Source: Gekko japonicus
Lineage: Eukaryota
Direction: 5' to 3'
Assembly (NCBI RefSeq): GCF_001447785.1
Contig: NW_015160914.1
Coordinates: 1 to 64,000 of the forward strand
Length of the DNA: 64,000 nt
Under the pieces are notes generated by a model, which was not told the DNA's origin, did not search any database, and was given only the letters and a program-made list of their open reading frames with translations. Both the position numbers and the translations under genes were made by a program. Each line of letters starts with the position of its first letter. The first letter of the stretch is position 1. This document shows positions 1 through 13,496 of this stretch, one piece after another.

Positions 1-989
1 TATTATGATTTCTGAGGCTATGGAGTAGAGCTGAACTTGAACCAGCTCATGGCTTTTCAAATCCTATGTCATCAGTAATCTGTGCACCTGGTCCACACCC
101 AAACAGCTGGAATGCAGGCACAAGTTCAAAGCACTTTCCCTATAGGTAAGATGTGATGCACTGGGAATCAGCTGATAATACATCTCAGCTAACCTATGAG
201 CCATTTTTTTTAGTATCAAGCAGAGAACAAAGCAGCACCACAGACAATCAGGCAGGATGAGGAAGTCTCATCTGTGGTGTTTGAACTGTCATTTGAAATC
301 TGCGTGTATTGAGGAACAATGTTTTTGCAAAATAAACTCCAGGCACGTTCTTTCCATCTGCTTAGCAATTTGGGCACTGGCATTAACACAGACTAACATA
401 TGACATCTAGCACTGAGAGCCGTTTTCTTTCAGGAAAGCTGATTTTACAGGGAGGGAAGGAACAGCTCAGGGACAAAGAAGTAACCCCAGTCAAAGTAAG
501 GGATGGTAAGCAAAGAACCTTCAAAGTATGGCGCATGGTGGAGAAGACAGGCATCATGAATATTGTCAGGAATATAGGGGAACAGTTGCTGGAGTTCACC
601 AAAAAGATCATGGAGGATGTTTCTACACACCAGAGACATAGCTAGTGTAGCCTGTCATCTAAACATGCCAAAATGGAGATCCAGAATAGAATAGCCTTGG
701 AGAGAAACAAGAAACAAAGGCATAGCACAATTATATGGCCTTGGGTAAGTTGAAACTATCTAACCCATATCAATAGATATTATGTGTTGAGTCCCAGATG
801 CAGAAGTGGCAAGAATATCCAAGTTCACAGAAGGGAAGTTATAGTACAAAGACAGGGTGTATTGGTTGAGGGCCAACAGATGTTCTTATGTATGAGAAAC
901 CTGTAATCACTATTTTTAAATACACTTCATTAAGACAAAAAGTAGCAAGAATGAACAAATAATTTTTATATATTTCAAGTACAGATAAC

Positions 990-1655
990 TGTGTATGGCA
1001 TTTGAAGCAAATGAAGTTCAGTGTTGGTAAGTGTAAGGTGATGCACATTGGGAGAAAAAATCCCAGCTTCAAGTATAGGCTAATGGGGTCTGAACTCTGA
1101 ACTTGCTGAGACAGAGAGGGGAAAAGATTTTGGAGTTGTAATGGATAGCTCAGTGAAAGTGTCAACCCAGTGTACTGCAGCGGTGAAAAGGCAAACTATG
1201 TTCGGGATTATTAGGAAAGAGATTGAGAATTTAAAAAATGGCCAATATTGTAATACCCCTGTATAGATCTATGGTGCAGCCTCATTTGGAATCTTGTGAA
1301 CAGTTCCGATCACCATATCTCAAAAAAGACACTGCAGAGCTGGGAAAATTACAGAGGAGGACAACCAAGATGATGAGGAGATTGGAGCACCTTCCCTATG
1401 AGGAAAGACTGAAGAGACGGGGACTTTTCAGTTTCGAAAAGAGACTAAGGGAGGGCATGATAGAGGTTTGTAAAATTATGCATGGGATAGAGAGAACTGA
1501 CAAAGAAAAACATTTCTCCCTCTCTCAAAATCCTAAAACTCGAGGGCATGCAGATGGGCAGTAGGTTCAACACAGACAAAAAGAAATACTACTTTAGATG
1601 AAAAGTGATTAAAATGTGGAATTCACTGACAGAGAATGTAGTGATGGCCTCAGGA
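990..1655 (+). mobile_element. CR1 LINE fragment (C-terminal part of ORF2/RT), degenerate
   Basis: Translates to CR1-typical KCKVMHIG, PLYRSMVQPHLE, EERLKRRGLFSFEKRL and WNSL; has frameshifts. Confidence 0.9.
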
Positions 1656-4600
1656 ATAAACAAGTGAAAACAAATATTCTTTGACAGTATCACTTGTGTA
1701 ATAAACTCACAATGAACCTAAATGTTTTGAGGTATACCTCTTTCCAGGAATTAAATAATCTGATATAGGAAAGGTAACTAGATGCTTAGGGTTGCTTACT
1801 GGCATGCCTATATCTGAATCAGACCTGAGCAGAGTCATCCAGAGCACAGGAACTGAAGAACTTGCAGCAAGTCATCAGTCTCAAATACATGACTGCCATT
1901 CAGTCTTAGCCTAATCTTCTTCAGCTGACTGGGTGACCTAAGGCCAGCCATTCAGTCTTAGCCTAATCTTCTTCAGCGTCTTGTTGTGAGGAAGTGAAAC
2001 CATGCAGAGTGCTCTGAGCATCTTGAAAAGTGGGATAAAAATGAAATCCCAGCAGATAAGATTTTACCAAGTCTAGCACAGAGCATCTCGGAGATCTAGG
2101 GAGGCAGGGAGACTAGAAACTACACAACAACCAAAAAGGCTGAGAGCTTAGAAAACATCTGGAGAGTTTCTGAATATGACCATTGTCCATAGAAAGACCT
2201 AGCTTGATCCAGAAGCATTTATAGCTACAATGGGAGATCTGGGTTGGGAATAAAGAAAGCTCCACTGTGCACTGAAGAGGAACCATAATCCAGCACGACC
2301 TCCATAACGGAAGAAACCTAAACACACTTACATTTTCTAAGCCCATTGGTTTAGAAAATCAATACTTAGTGTTGCAATGTAATATTCCTTCTCAAGCCCC
2401 TTTGGAGTGTAGGATGTAGACCACCTTGAAAACACGGACTTATTTAATTTTCCCTGGGTTCTCTGGCTCTAAGAGGTTCATTATCCAGCCTTCTGATTGC
2501 CTGACAGCCCTATGTAAACCCTTGTCTGGTATCATAAATCCTCAATTTGGGATATTTTTTTTTCTTTTGTCAACCATGCCTAAGAATCAGAAAGAACTCT
2601 AAACCTATTCTCCAAAAGCCTGCAAGCCACCATTAGTTTTTAAATGCTAATAGAAGCATGCCAGTTTGAACTCTTATGCAGGTTGTAGGTTGTTTGAGAG
2701 CCACTTCATTCTTAGCATTAGATGGAAACGGGAATTTCCAGGCCCCTCATACAAAACCATAGGCTGTGAACATGTAAATATGAATATGTCATAGAAACTT
2801 TTAGGAAAAACACAAATGATTCTGCAAAATGGCATGAACTGATGTGAAACATGGCAAACACTTTTCTTCTCCACTACTTAATCTTTTAAAAACTGTGGAT
2901 ACAACAGTATGGACACCGTTACTAAGTTTGGTTTTTTGCATAATATTTATATACCTGCCTTTCTCCTAGGCATCTCAGGGCCCATTTTAAAACCCATTAA
3001 AAACAACTGGGTGAAATAGTAAACATTAAAACACCACTTACAAAAAGGCATTAACCGAACTAAAATAACCTATTCCTCCTTTTGCAGAGTAACTATTAAC
3101 TGAGTGGCCACATCCTTCTAAATATCCATGTGCTGAAATTCTTGTGAGCTTTTGGTCCCCATTTGCTAACATCATCGGAAGAAAGGAAGAAAGGACGCGG
3201 CACTCTATGTGGTTGCACTCAGACACTGGAATCCTCTTACTTCAGACATTTAGTTATCTCCCTCCCTCCCTCCCTCCTATCAAGGCTATTCCACCTTGTT
3301 CTGAGAGAATTGTCCCCTGTCCCAGATCTGAGACTTTGGAAAAAGACCAACCTTGGATAACATGACTGAGATTACCCTGGGTCAAGACCAGTTAACTCAC
3401 AGCCACAGAACACCATAAAGCTGATGTGTTGAAGACCACTACATTACCATACTATGTTTTTGTTAGTATCATTTACAGTTCTGAGTTACGCTCTTCTCAG
3501 TCCATTAAGTGTAACTCTTTTTAGGATTGCACCATTAATGAATAGAAGCCACTTTTCTTGAGAATAAACACAATGGGCTGTATCCAAACCATCTAGCATT
3601 GTTCCACAAGCAATGCCCGCATAAGAGATGGCACAGGGCTACAACAGAGAGACCTTATACCAGTTCTCATATGTCTGCTTGCACAAGAAAGAAGCAGAAG
3701 AAATCTGTGGGTTTAGTTTCAATGATCTTGCACAGCACTGTGATGCAAAGTGAGAGATAACCCTTCCATGAGCAGATGACCTTCCGCAAGTGGGAAGGCT
3801 TCTTTGGACCTGACCCATTGTCTTCTTTCTTCAGTGAAAACAGTAAAAAAACAGGAAGTGGAACTCTGACATCAAGGCAGAACTCTGCAAATTAAAGGAA
3901 TAGAGTCTTACAGTTTGGCTCCAGAGTAAAAGATTGGGAACCGCTAGCTTACAATTGAAGATAACTAAATTGATTTGTCAGGATTATGTTTTCCTTGCTT
4001 TGAAGTTTTTCAGTAAAATCCAACCGTATAATTCTGCTTGGGAAATTAAGAAAAAAACCTTTAAGCATGTTAATTCTGACTCCTGCAACCAAACCACACA
4101 TTGTGCGCCAGTGATAAAGAAAAGCTTCTTTGCAGGAAATACAATATGTCTGCTCAGCTGTGTCTCCAGCCTTTCGACTAAGATTGAACGCTTACCAGTA
4201 GGCCTGTTTTAATTAAGCAACTAATGTTATTTTAAAAGGATGGGAGGAACGTCAAGTTCTTCGAGGAACTCTAGGCCTGCCTTGCAATATGTTTCTCTAA
4301 TTAAGCTATTCAGACACAAATTTAAATGGCTGTCCAAAGCCTCTGCAAATTGATTTGTCCCCTGGAGACATCCCAAACTCTTCCAGAACAAAGATTTTTC
4401 ATGTACTGCTTCAACCTCTCACTTCTGCCGTCTTCATATCATATAGCATATATATATATATTTATATTTCAGACATTTTAAATAATTCCTTATCTACCTC
4501 TCTGCGGACGTTAGGATGCAATCTTGATTATGGTAAATTAGGAGATTTGGGTGGTTTCTCTCCACCCAGTCTGAATAGATTCTCTCCCAACAAGAACTTC

Positions 4601-4744
4601 AACTTTCATGAACTCCACATGCCGTGGATACACTGTACATGGGAAGAAGTATCTGATGCCTTCCTGGACCATACTCTCCCTCTGCCCTGGGAGTGACCTT
4701 CTCTGCAGCCCCACCTATAGGTGAAAGGAAAATGGTAAGACTGA

Positions 4745-5005
4745 AGCAGAAGAAGAGATTGGATTTATACCCCACCCTTCACTCAGAGTCTCAGAGTGGC
4801 TTACAAACTCCTTTCCCTCCCCCTCCCCACAACAGACACCCTGTGAGGTAGGTGGGGCTGAGAGAGATCTTTTGAGGACTGCTCTTGAGAGAACAGCTCT
4901 GACAGAACTATGGCTTGCCCAAGGTCATCCAGAAGCTGCAAGTGGAAGAGTGGGGAATCAACCCCGGTTCTCCCAGATTAGAATCCGCACACTCATCCAC
5001 TTACC
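4745..5005 (-). mobile_element. Squam3-type (MIR-core) tRNA-derived SINE
   Basis: (GAA)n tail, cacaacagacaccctgtgaggtaggtggggctgag core and ggaatcaaccccggttctccc box B on the reverse strand; near-identical copies at 38.8 and 53.9 kb. Confidence 0.8.
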
Positions 5006-5109
5006 CTGAAGTTTTCCCCCACCATGATATTCCTGATTAACATTTATTTTGGTTATTCTTTTGCTGCTTCAACATAAAATATTTATCAATTGACTGATTT
5101 AAATAATTT

Positions 5110-5340
5110 CTATCATGCTCTCTCCATCAAGGTGCTGGAGAAAGTCCATAGATAGTGTGCTCACTTTAGAATTTGTGCCATTCAAGTACCTAACTGCTGC
5201 CCTTTGTGCCAATTGAAGTGTCTAGACAGTCTTTCAGGGCAGTCTCATGTAAAGTGTATTACAGTAATCTAACCTAGATGTGATCAGAGCATGGATGTTT
5301 GTGGCCAAATCTCACCACTCAAGAAAAAGATAATAACATC
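5110..5340 (-). mobile_element. Old L2 LINE RT fragment
   Basis: ttacagtaatctaacctagatgtgatcagagcatggat reverse-translates to IHALITSRLDYCN. Confidence 0.75.
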
Positions 5341-6257
5341 AGGGAAACACACTGGATCTCAGAGACCTTGCTGGTTTATATCTCCATTTAAAAAATAGAT
5401 TAATATTGGATATGTGGTGACCATTATCTTAATACATCTGTTTTAAATAGATCAATAATTGATCATGCTTAGAAGAATCTGCCTCTCTCTAACCATTCTT
5501 ATTGGGTTTATTCAGAGGTACCTTTCACTTAAAGCAGAGCAATGTGCTCCAACTTTCCAATATGCAAAATCAATGGGATATCCAAGCACCTCTCTGGTAG
5601 TAGCAACATATTCCACAAGGATTTGCAAGATGCTTCTGCATGCTCACCTATTAGGCCAAATTTCTTTAGCACTCATAGTCCAGTGACATACCACAGTTTA
5701 ATTATGAAGCATGGCAAAAGGAGTACAGATGAACTGTTGGAGAGGAGGTAGCATGTGAGCAATTTGATTAATGTATATATTAATACAGGGCAAGTTTAGC
5801 CCATTCTAACCTTAAAAGGAGTTTTCACATATTCTTTCTATAGCGCAGTTTGGCAGATGCTTCTCTTGTTTTCCTTTCTTTCTCACTTGAAAATTATACT
5901 CTGAAAGTCTCTGCTACTTGAAGGCCTACAATTAGTCAATGATTCTTGAAATCCTGTTGATGCAGTAAAACTTTTACTGAGTGCAGCTTAGCGTGTGTGT
6001 GACTGATTTATTTCCTCAGTTCTGTTAACATTAACTAGTCATGGGAACTGGCCCTCTGAAACTTGTCTCTTTCTCTCTTTGCTTGAGATTTGCCATTTGC
6101 GCAGGGGCAGTGGGCAAGGTCCCACCCTCAAACTGGAGTTTTTTGCTTCCCCAGGGGCAAAAGGTAAGGGAATGAACCCACATTTCAAAGTTACTTTCGG
6201 GAAGTGATGTCATGACACTCTAGGAATTCACCCCACCTCTATTGTTTTTACCATAGT

Positions 6258-6367
6258 AATGGTTTCCCTTGCTCAAAAGCCAGTTGAATCCGACACTAGG
6301 GGGCGGTGCTCATCTCCATTTCCAAGCTGAAGAGCCAGCGCTGTCCGAAGACATTTCTGTGGTCATG
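6258..6367 (-). mobile_element. Sauria SINE 3' half
   Basis: Reverse complement matches the 3' part of the full copy at 50661-51007. Confidence 0.8.
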
Positions 6368-6371
6368 GGCA

Positions 6372-6622
6372 AATCCCTAGGTGGCCCAGTGTGCAGATCA
6401 TGCGGTCTGCTCTATTGCCACGCCATGTGTGGCACGGCACGGGGGATCCCAGATGTTTGGTGGGGCTTGCTAGAAAGAGAACAGGAAACGAATGCCATGG
6501 CACGCAGACTGGGGCATTTCTAGCCTCAGCCTGGGATACAGGCTGAGTTGATCGACCTATACAGGGGTGATGGGGTACATCTATCCGAAAAGGGCAATGA
6601 TATATTTCTGGAGGATATATTT
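6372..6622 (+). mobile_element. SGNH/GDSL-hydrolase ORF fragment from a retroelement (Ngaro/DIRS-like)
   Basis: Reads WPSVQIMRSALLPRHVWHGTGDPRCL, then in a shifted frame AELIDLYRGDGVHLSEKGNDIFLEDI (DxxH catalytic motif). Confidence 0.65.
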
Positions 6623-7789
6623 CCACCCTAGTGCACAGCCCGTAATGTTAACATCGAGCAGCTGCCTTAAAAACGAGCAGAATAACATCTAAACACTTTA
6701 TGTGGAATAACATCGAAGCACATTGTTGGAAAGCACTTTATTCATTTGATTTTTAACTGCCGCCAGTGTTCTGATATTTTGTAATGTTCTAATTTAAATG
6801 CTGTGTTTTTAATTCTGTATTATTTATGTTTTTATTCTGTACTGTTGTGTTTGTTGTTGGAAGCCGCCCTGAGCCTGCTTTGTGGGAGGGCGGGGTATAA
6901 ATTTGACTATAAATAAATAATAAATAAATGTCATTTCTAGGCACAAACCGGAAGTCACAGTGCAATATCACTCTCCACCTCCAAAATACTCCCACTGGTT
7001 ACCACTGCTTGGCTGGCAACCCTCCTTTCTTCCTGTCTTTGTTGTATCAAGTTCCAGGAGTTCTAAATTCATTTAAGAACAATAGCCTGCAAAAAATCTA
7101 AATGAACATGCCACAAAATATGATTGCAAAGATTAGAGCTAGCACCTAGTTTGTGCTTTTTCTCTAGAGAAAGATATTAACACTGGCCGGCAAGGCAGTG
7201 CTAATCCTTTTGTTAATTGAGGATTAATGACACAAGCACAACAGGGGGGTGCTAATTTCCCATTCTTAGACAATAATACAAACCACCTTCTGAGAGATCA
7301 GCATCTTAAAGACCAATGATACAAAAAAAAATTTAATTATTGGAAAACTGAACACAGCAAACAGTCAGCCATAGTTAGGGATGGGCCAACTCTCCTCTGA
7401 TAAAACTGCACTTTGGTCACAAATTTGCAAGCCTCCACAAGTATGCACTTTTTATCAACCGCAGCAAATAGTTCTAAGTTCTGCTGAAACTTACTGCATG
7501 CACTCTCCCACTGCTTTCTCACAGCTGTCCCTTTCCTTCACCGTCAGCATAACCCACAAGGTGGGGGGGGAGGTGCTTCTCTTGGGAGTGGCAGTGGGCA
7601 TAGAGAAGAGGGAAATCATACCTCCTGGTCCAGCCTCCAGACATTTGTGCATGCAGAGATGAAAGTCTGCAACAAACCCTGCATGCATGCAAGTGTATGT
7701 GCATGACCATTCATGCATTATTAGAATCTTGCATTTTTGGAGAATTCTTGACTGTGTACAAAGCCAGCCCTGCATACATACCTACTTCT

Positions 7790-8000
7790 TATTCATTTAT
7801 TTAGTGTGTTTTTATTCTACCCTTCCTTCAAGCAGCTCAGGGCAACATACATCATTCTTCTCTCCTCCTTTTTATTCACACAACAGCCCTGTGAGGTAGG
7901 TTAGATTTGATGAAGGACACCCAGTGTGCCCCATGACAGAGTGAGGAGCTGAACCAGGAAGTCCCAGAGCCTAGTCCATCATTGTGACCATTATACCAAG
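7790..8000 (-). mobile_element. MIR-like/Squam3-like SINE, degenerate
   Basis: ttttattcacacaacagccctgtgaggtaggttag core and (TTTA)n tail. Confidence 0.65.
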
Positions 8001-8924
8001 CTAGCTATCATAAGTGTCCTCAAGATGCTCATATGTGTATATCGATATCAAGGGGCCAGGCCAGCAGACACAATTCACTCCCTACTACACATGTATAGTA
8101 TGTACAAAGGAACAGGGCTTGTGTGATGCAGCCCAGGGTGCATACGCATTTTCTTGGTACCACTAAACAACAAGCCATGAAACCCGCTATCTGTTTTGGC
8201 ATCCCTCACTGCTAACTAACCATGTTATGATCATAATGCCTTTATTTACTCACATAGTTTCTCTCTACCAGAATTGTTGAACTGGTCTCCCGAGCACATA
8301 GCATTCTTGGAATTTCTTGCTGCAGCCTACATCACACATGGTGTTAGAGACGATTTAACTGACAATGAAACTAAGAAGCTTTCAAGTGGAGAAGATAAAG
8401 TCAGCGTTCTTTAAACCGTGACCACTTGTGTCATATGGAAAATTGAATTAAGACATCAATCATGAACTAAAAGCAGTGGTTTCTATCTGGGTAAACAGTA
8501 GCAGGATAAAAAAGGAACTGATTAGAGGCCTCATACAATTTATTAAAGGGATCCATCAATGATATTTTATGGCTATCCAGCTGACAAGATGCTCAGTATA
8601 AATTACTAGGGTCATGTAAGCTCTCTGTCCTCAAACTTCATGCCCCTCTCAAATGTGTGCTTTCATGACCACCACAAAACAAAATTCATGACACCTCAGA
8701 TCCAACACTTTTCTTAACTGAGTCAGCTCAGGCATGCAGGGGCAAATAACTGAAACTGCCCACAGCATGGGATGGGGTTATAAATGTATTAATAAATAAA
8801 TATTGCACAATCAAGCGATGAGAAATTAGCAGGCATTCATATACATCTGAAGAGGATCATTGCTGTTGCCCTGAAATGGGGGGGGGGAGTACCTTTGTGG
8901 ATTCTAATTTCAGTTTAATTAACA

Positions 8925-9410
8925 TGTTCCCCCAAGAGCACTACGGTCGGGGGCCAAAATCTGTTGGTCATCCCGGTCCCCAAGGACACCAAATTAGCTG
9001 CGACCAGGGCCGGGGCTTTTTCGGTGGTGGCTCCTACCTGGCCCTGCAGGACCTTATGCAGTTCTGCAGGGCCTGCAAGACGGAGCTCTTTGAGTAGGAG
9101 CCGCCGCCCTACTATACCACCACCGTCATGGTATCTTAAAGGATGCATCAACGAGGCCCGGAGGAAGAACCTGGAAAATGTAAATAAGATCCGATAAGCC
9201 GTTGCCACTGGGTACAAATATCATGGGAGTACCACCTGGAACTGTGTTGATTCCATCTTGGATTTATGATATCTGTAATTGATTGAGCACCATTGTTTTA
9301 AAGTGTTGGATGTTCTTATTATGTTTTATATGTTTTAATTATGGCACGGCTAATTACCTTGCCCTGTTAGCTGCCCTGAGCCCATTGGGGAGGGTGGGAT
9401 ACAAATGTGG
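8925..9410 (+). mobile_element. L2 LINE 3' end fragment
   Basis: ATRAGAFSVVAPTW and FCRACKTELF ORF2 C-terminal motifs, followed by a 3' UTR ending gccctgagccc..gggagggtggga. Confidence 0.75.
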
Positions 9411-9773
9411 GGGGGGGATTAATTCTCTGAGCATATTATATAGAGTTAGTGAAGGTCATAGAGCAGGCATTCAACTCCTAGGAGTGCAGAACATTCGTGA
9501 AAACCATTTCTATATCCATTTTATTTCCCACTGCCTAACTTATTTGGCTGCACATGACCAGCCAACCATGGTTCTAATGGTTAACTGGTTGATCCATCTT
9601 TTTCCAAATAAAAGATTTTCTTTTACCTTTTTGCTACCATCTAGTCAATGAAAAGCCATGCGAGATCTTAGTTACTGCCCAACAATACATGAGGGGGGGG
9701 GATAATTGGGGCCAGTGAAACATTTATTTTCTTCCATCATGAAACTCAACGTGACACACAGAGAGTTCCAGGA

Positions 9774-9997
9774 GCCAGTGTGGTGTGGTGGTTAAGAGTG
9801 TCAGACTAGGATCTAGAAGACCCAGGTTTGAATCCCTACTTGTACCATGGAAGCTTGGCTGGGTGACCTTTGTCAGTCACACTCTCTCCGCCTACCCTGC
9901 CTCACAAAGTTGTTTTGAGGATAAAATGGAGGAGAGGAGAATGATGGAAGCTGTTTTGGGTCCCCATTGGGTAGAAATGAATTAAAGAAATAATAAA
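9774..9997 (+). mobile_element. MIR-like tRNA-derived SINE
   Basis: gccagtgtggtgtggtggttaagagtgtcagactagg head, gtttgaatccc box B, CORE-like body. Confidence 0.8.
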
Positions 9998-11140
9998 TAC
10001 TCCCATCAAAATACTGGGTTGAAATCACATTATCATTTCCATAGATGGAAAGATTAGCACTAACACAGCACAATTCTCCCCCCCCTCCCCACCTGTGGCA
10101 GCTGAAATGACCCTCCAAATCCCATTCCTGGGAGGACCCCCAGGATCAGGACTTCAGCCTGCTGTGGGAAGAGGAGGCAGAGAAATCATGCCCCTTGGAC
10201 AGAAATCCTTGTGACCATGAAAATATTACTCTGGATCTAAATAACTGACCAGACCTGCCTACACAATATTTATGCATCTTGTGCCCTCTGACCATATTCT
10301 ATCTTCCTTTTTTTCCTTCCCACTGATAACATATTTTTCAACACTATGAAAATATTTCATTCCCAGGACTATTAGAGCTAATGTACTAGGAATCTACCTA
10401 AAGTGTTGTTCTGCCTGTTGAAAAGTGGAAATTTGCTAGAGAGGGAGAATATCCTTCCGGAGCTGTTGTGATGATAAGTTTAAGAGAATTTTCAGAGATG
10501 TCATACTTCAAAGCATTCCTTCTAATGTGATAAATTTGCTATTTTTTCCCCCTTTTACATCTCTCATGACCCCAATACCTGCAATTCGGCTGGTGAAAAT
10601 GCCCAATCATGTACACGGTCATCTTACTTTTATTTTTCATTAATCCTAATGCATTCTGGCAGTTCCCGTTGATACAGCCATCTCTGTGAAGGGAGACTTA
10701 GTGGTTTAATATTACAGGTGCCTTGATTCACGTTTTATTACTGAAAGCAGTTTTAAATTTCTTTATGAAAGATATCTGAAATTAGTTCAATAACCTGCCA
10801 TCTGGTGTCATTGGCAGCAAAACAAAGAGGCCCACTAGAGGACTCCATATCCTACCACAAATAAGATTGTGAAGAAAGCATCTCAATCCTTGTAATTTAG
10901 TGGAGGTTGCATCTATTCTGGGCCTTTAGAAGAAAGGAGGTTAGGATGCTATATGGTATAGAGGTTGGGGTATCTAATTAGCACTGCGAGAAGATCTGGA
11001 TTCAAATGCCATAAAGCCTACTATTTGACTTTGGAGCCCTCACTCTATTTCTGACCTCACTCAGACAGGGCCACACTATATGTCTGGGTTTTTAAAGAGT
11101 TGGTCTGGGTTCCCTGGACCCAATTTGGGTTCCCTGCAAC

Positions 11141-11532
11141 CAGGGCTTTTTTGGTAAAAAAAGCCCAGCAGGAACTCATTAGCATAATAGGCCACACCCA
11201 ACAGCATAAACCATTAGCATATTAGGCCACACCCCTGACAGCACAGCTCATTGTCATATTAGGCCACACCCCACATGTTACCAGAAGTGTGGTCATCCAA
11301 CCACACCCACCTTTTGCTTCTTATTCTATTTACTTTGTTGTCAAAACCCTGGGCTTTTTTTGTAGCAGGAATTTCTTTGCATGTTAGGCCACACACCCCT
11401 AATGTAGCCAATCCTAATGAGTGTCTGCTGTTAGGTGTGGCCTATTATGCTAATGAGTTCCTGCTGGGCGTGGCCAACTCAGGAGCCAGACAGAACTCCG
11501 TTCCTGTGCGTTCCTGCCCCAAAATAGCCCTG
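11141..11532. mobile_element. hAT-type MITE
   Basis: TIR cagggct...agccctg; exact 8-bp TSD cctgcaac (11133-40, 11533-40); internal attagcatattaggccacaccc repeats. Confidence 0.85.
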
Positions 11533-11672
11533 CCTGCAACCACAAAGCAGCTCTAAGAAATGGCTTTTAAAAAATAAAGGACTGCCCAAATGGGCTTGGA
11601 AGACCACTGTGAGGACAGAAAGGTTCCTGGCTCTCAGCCCAAGCTATTTTCCCATGCAAAAAACAGTGCTGG

Positions 11673-13496
11673 TGTTATCCAAAGAGGCAGTCTCCTAATT
11701 AATTGGGGGAATTAGCTTTAAGGAGACAGAGTGAGAGGGGGTAACTGGGATTCTCCACCAATGTTTATGGGGATTTTTCCCTTAGAGAACTCTTGAAATA
11801 CACCAATCATATGTTCAACTGGAAAGGGTTTTATTGAAACAGGAATAAAAGGGCAAAACACACATACAAACACATGGAAAACACACAAGCTAGCTAAGAG
11901 AAGATTAAGGAGGAGATGGGAGAAAGAAATTTCAGGGAAGGCTGTAGTTACCAGTTTTGAAGAAAGGTCCACGGAAGCAACAGCAAAAACAAGTAGCGTT
12001 ATGGGGTGTGTGTGAGAGAGAGAAGGCCCACATGCAAGTGGCAGTATATGTATGGGTCCCAGAACACACATACACACTGCTATGGAGCAGAGTGCTACAG
12101 TTATAGGGGGAAATGCTCCCTGGGGAAGTCTGACATGTTTGCCCCCAAAACAATAACTTGGTGGGTTTTTCTGAGAAGAACAATGATTTGGGAAAACCTT
12201 GATGGGTTTCTGTGAGGTGGACTATAGGTGCTAATGGTGCTTGATGACCCTCTAAGTACCAGATGGGAAAACCTACCAGGTTTTGTGAACAGTGTTAAGT
12301 GTTGCTTATTATTGTTGTTAGCCATTTGGTCATGTCCAACTCTTGGTGATTCTATGGGCTAGTTCTCTTCATGTTTTTCAGTCTTGTACTGTTTCTTTGA
12401 TTCGTTCCATGCTCAGGCTGGTGTCAACTTTTATGGTGTCTAGCCACCGTGTCCTTTGGTGGCCCGGTTTCCTTTTGTCACTAACCAATCCAAGCATAAT
12501 TGCTTTTTCTACTAAGTTCTACCACATGACATGACTGAAATAAGTCAGTTGCAGTTTTATGATTTTTCCTTCCAGTGACATTTCTGGTTTTATGCACTCC
12601 AGTAGTTGCTTGTTTGTCACCTTTGCTGTCTGAGGAATGCACAGGAGCCTTCTCCAGCATCACAGCTCAAATGAATCGATTTTCCTCTTGCTTCTTCATG
12701 GTCCATCTTTTGCAGCCATAGGTTGGTATGGGGAACACAATAGCACAGACTAATCTACATTTGGTGGCTAGGCTGGTGTCCTTGCTCTTCCATATTCAAT
12801 TCATGCTCATCATTGCTGTGTGACCCAGCATGAGCTGATGTTTTATTTCTGGACTGCATTCGCCATTTTGGTTGATCTGTGATCCTAAGTAGGTGAATTA
12901 TTCCATGCATTCGATCTCTTCATTGTCAACTGTTATTTTGACGTTTCTCTTCTTCTCAGTGGTTATGAACTTGGTCTTTTTTATATTTAGTAAGAAGTCA
13001 AACTTCTCACATTCCTCTTTAATTTTCTTGATCAGGTATTCCAGGTCTTCTTTAGTTTCCAAAAGGAGGGTTGTGTTGTCAGCATATCAAAGATAGTTGA
13101 TATTCCTTCCTCCAATCTTTACCCCAATTTTTTTACTCTTCCAGCTCTAACTTCCTCTTGATGGTTTCAGCATACGGGTTGAATAGGAAAGGTGTTGCTT
13201 AATTAGGGTAAATGGGTGAGGGAAAGTAAAGTTGGGTGCTGATGAGATTAGTCCAAGGTGAGGCAAGAAGTTCTTGGGAAACCCTTTGTCCTAAATTATG
13301 CATGTCGGGTGGGGAGGAGGTTGTTAGCTGGCCAGCTGCTCTTTCCCACAGTTCTAAATTACATGTCCAAACTCATCTCTGGCTGGCATCCATTTTGTGT
13401 CATTTTAGGCCAGGCAGTGTATTGCACTGATGATATTTGAAATGATATTGTATGAAGGGTGTTTATGTTTTTCTAGCTATAAACTGCCCCTCAACG
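11673..13496 (-). mobile_element. Solo-LTR-like element split by an RTE insertion
   Basis: Starts TGTTA and ends CAACG; minus-strand AATAAA (~11831) and TATA-like (~12101) signals; no TSD seen. Confidence 0.45.
12309..13191 (-). mobile_element. RTE/BovB-like LINE, 5'-truncated
   Basis: KIGGRNINYL*YADNTT RT motif, (CAA/TAA)n tail, TSD gtgttgctta (12299-12308, 13192-13201). Confidence 0.85.

Noticed and set aside
7490-7720. TGCATG (RBFOX) motif cluster
   Set aside because: No nearby exon identified; more likely degenerate TGCA/CA low-complexity or MITE sequence.
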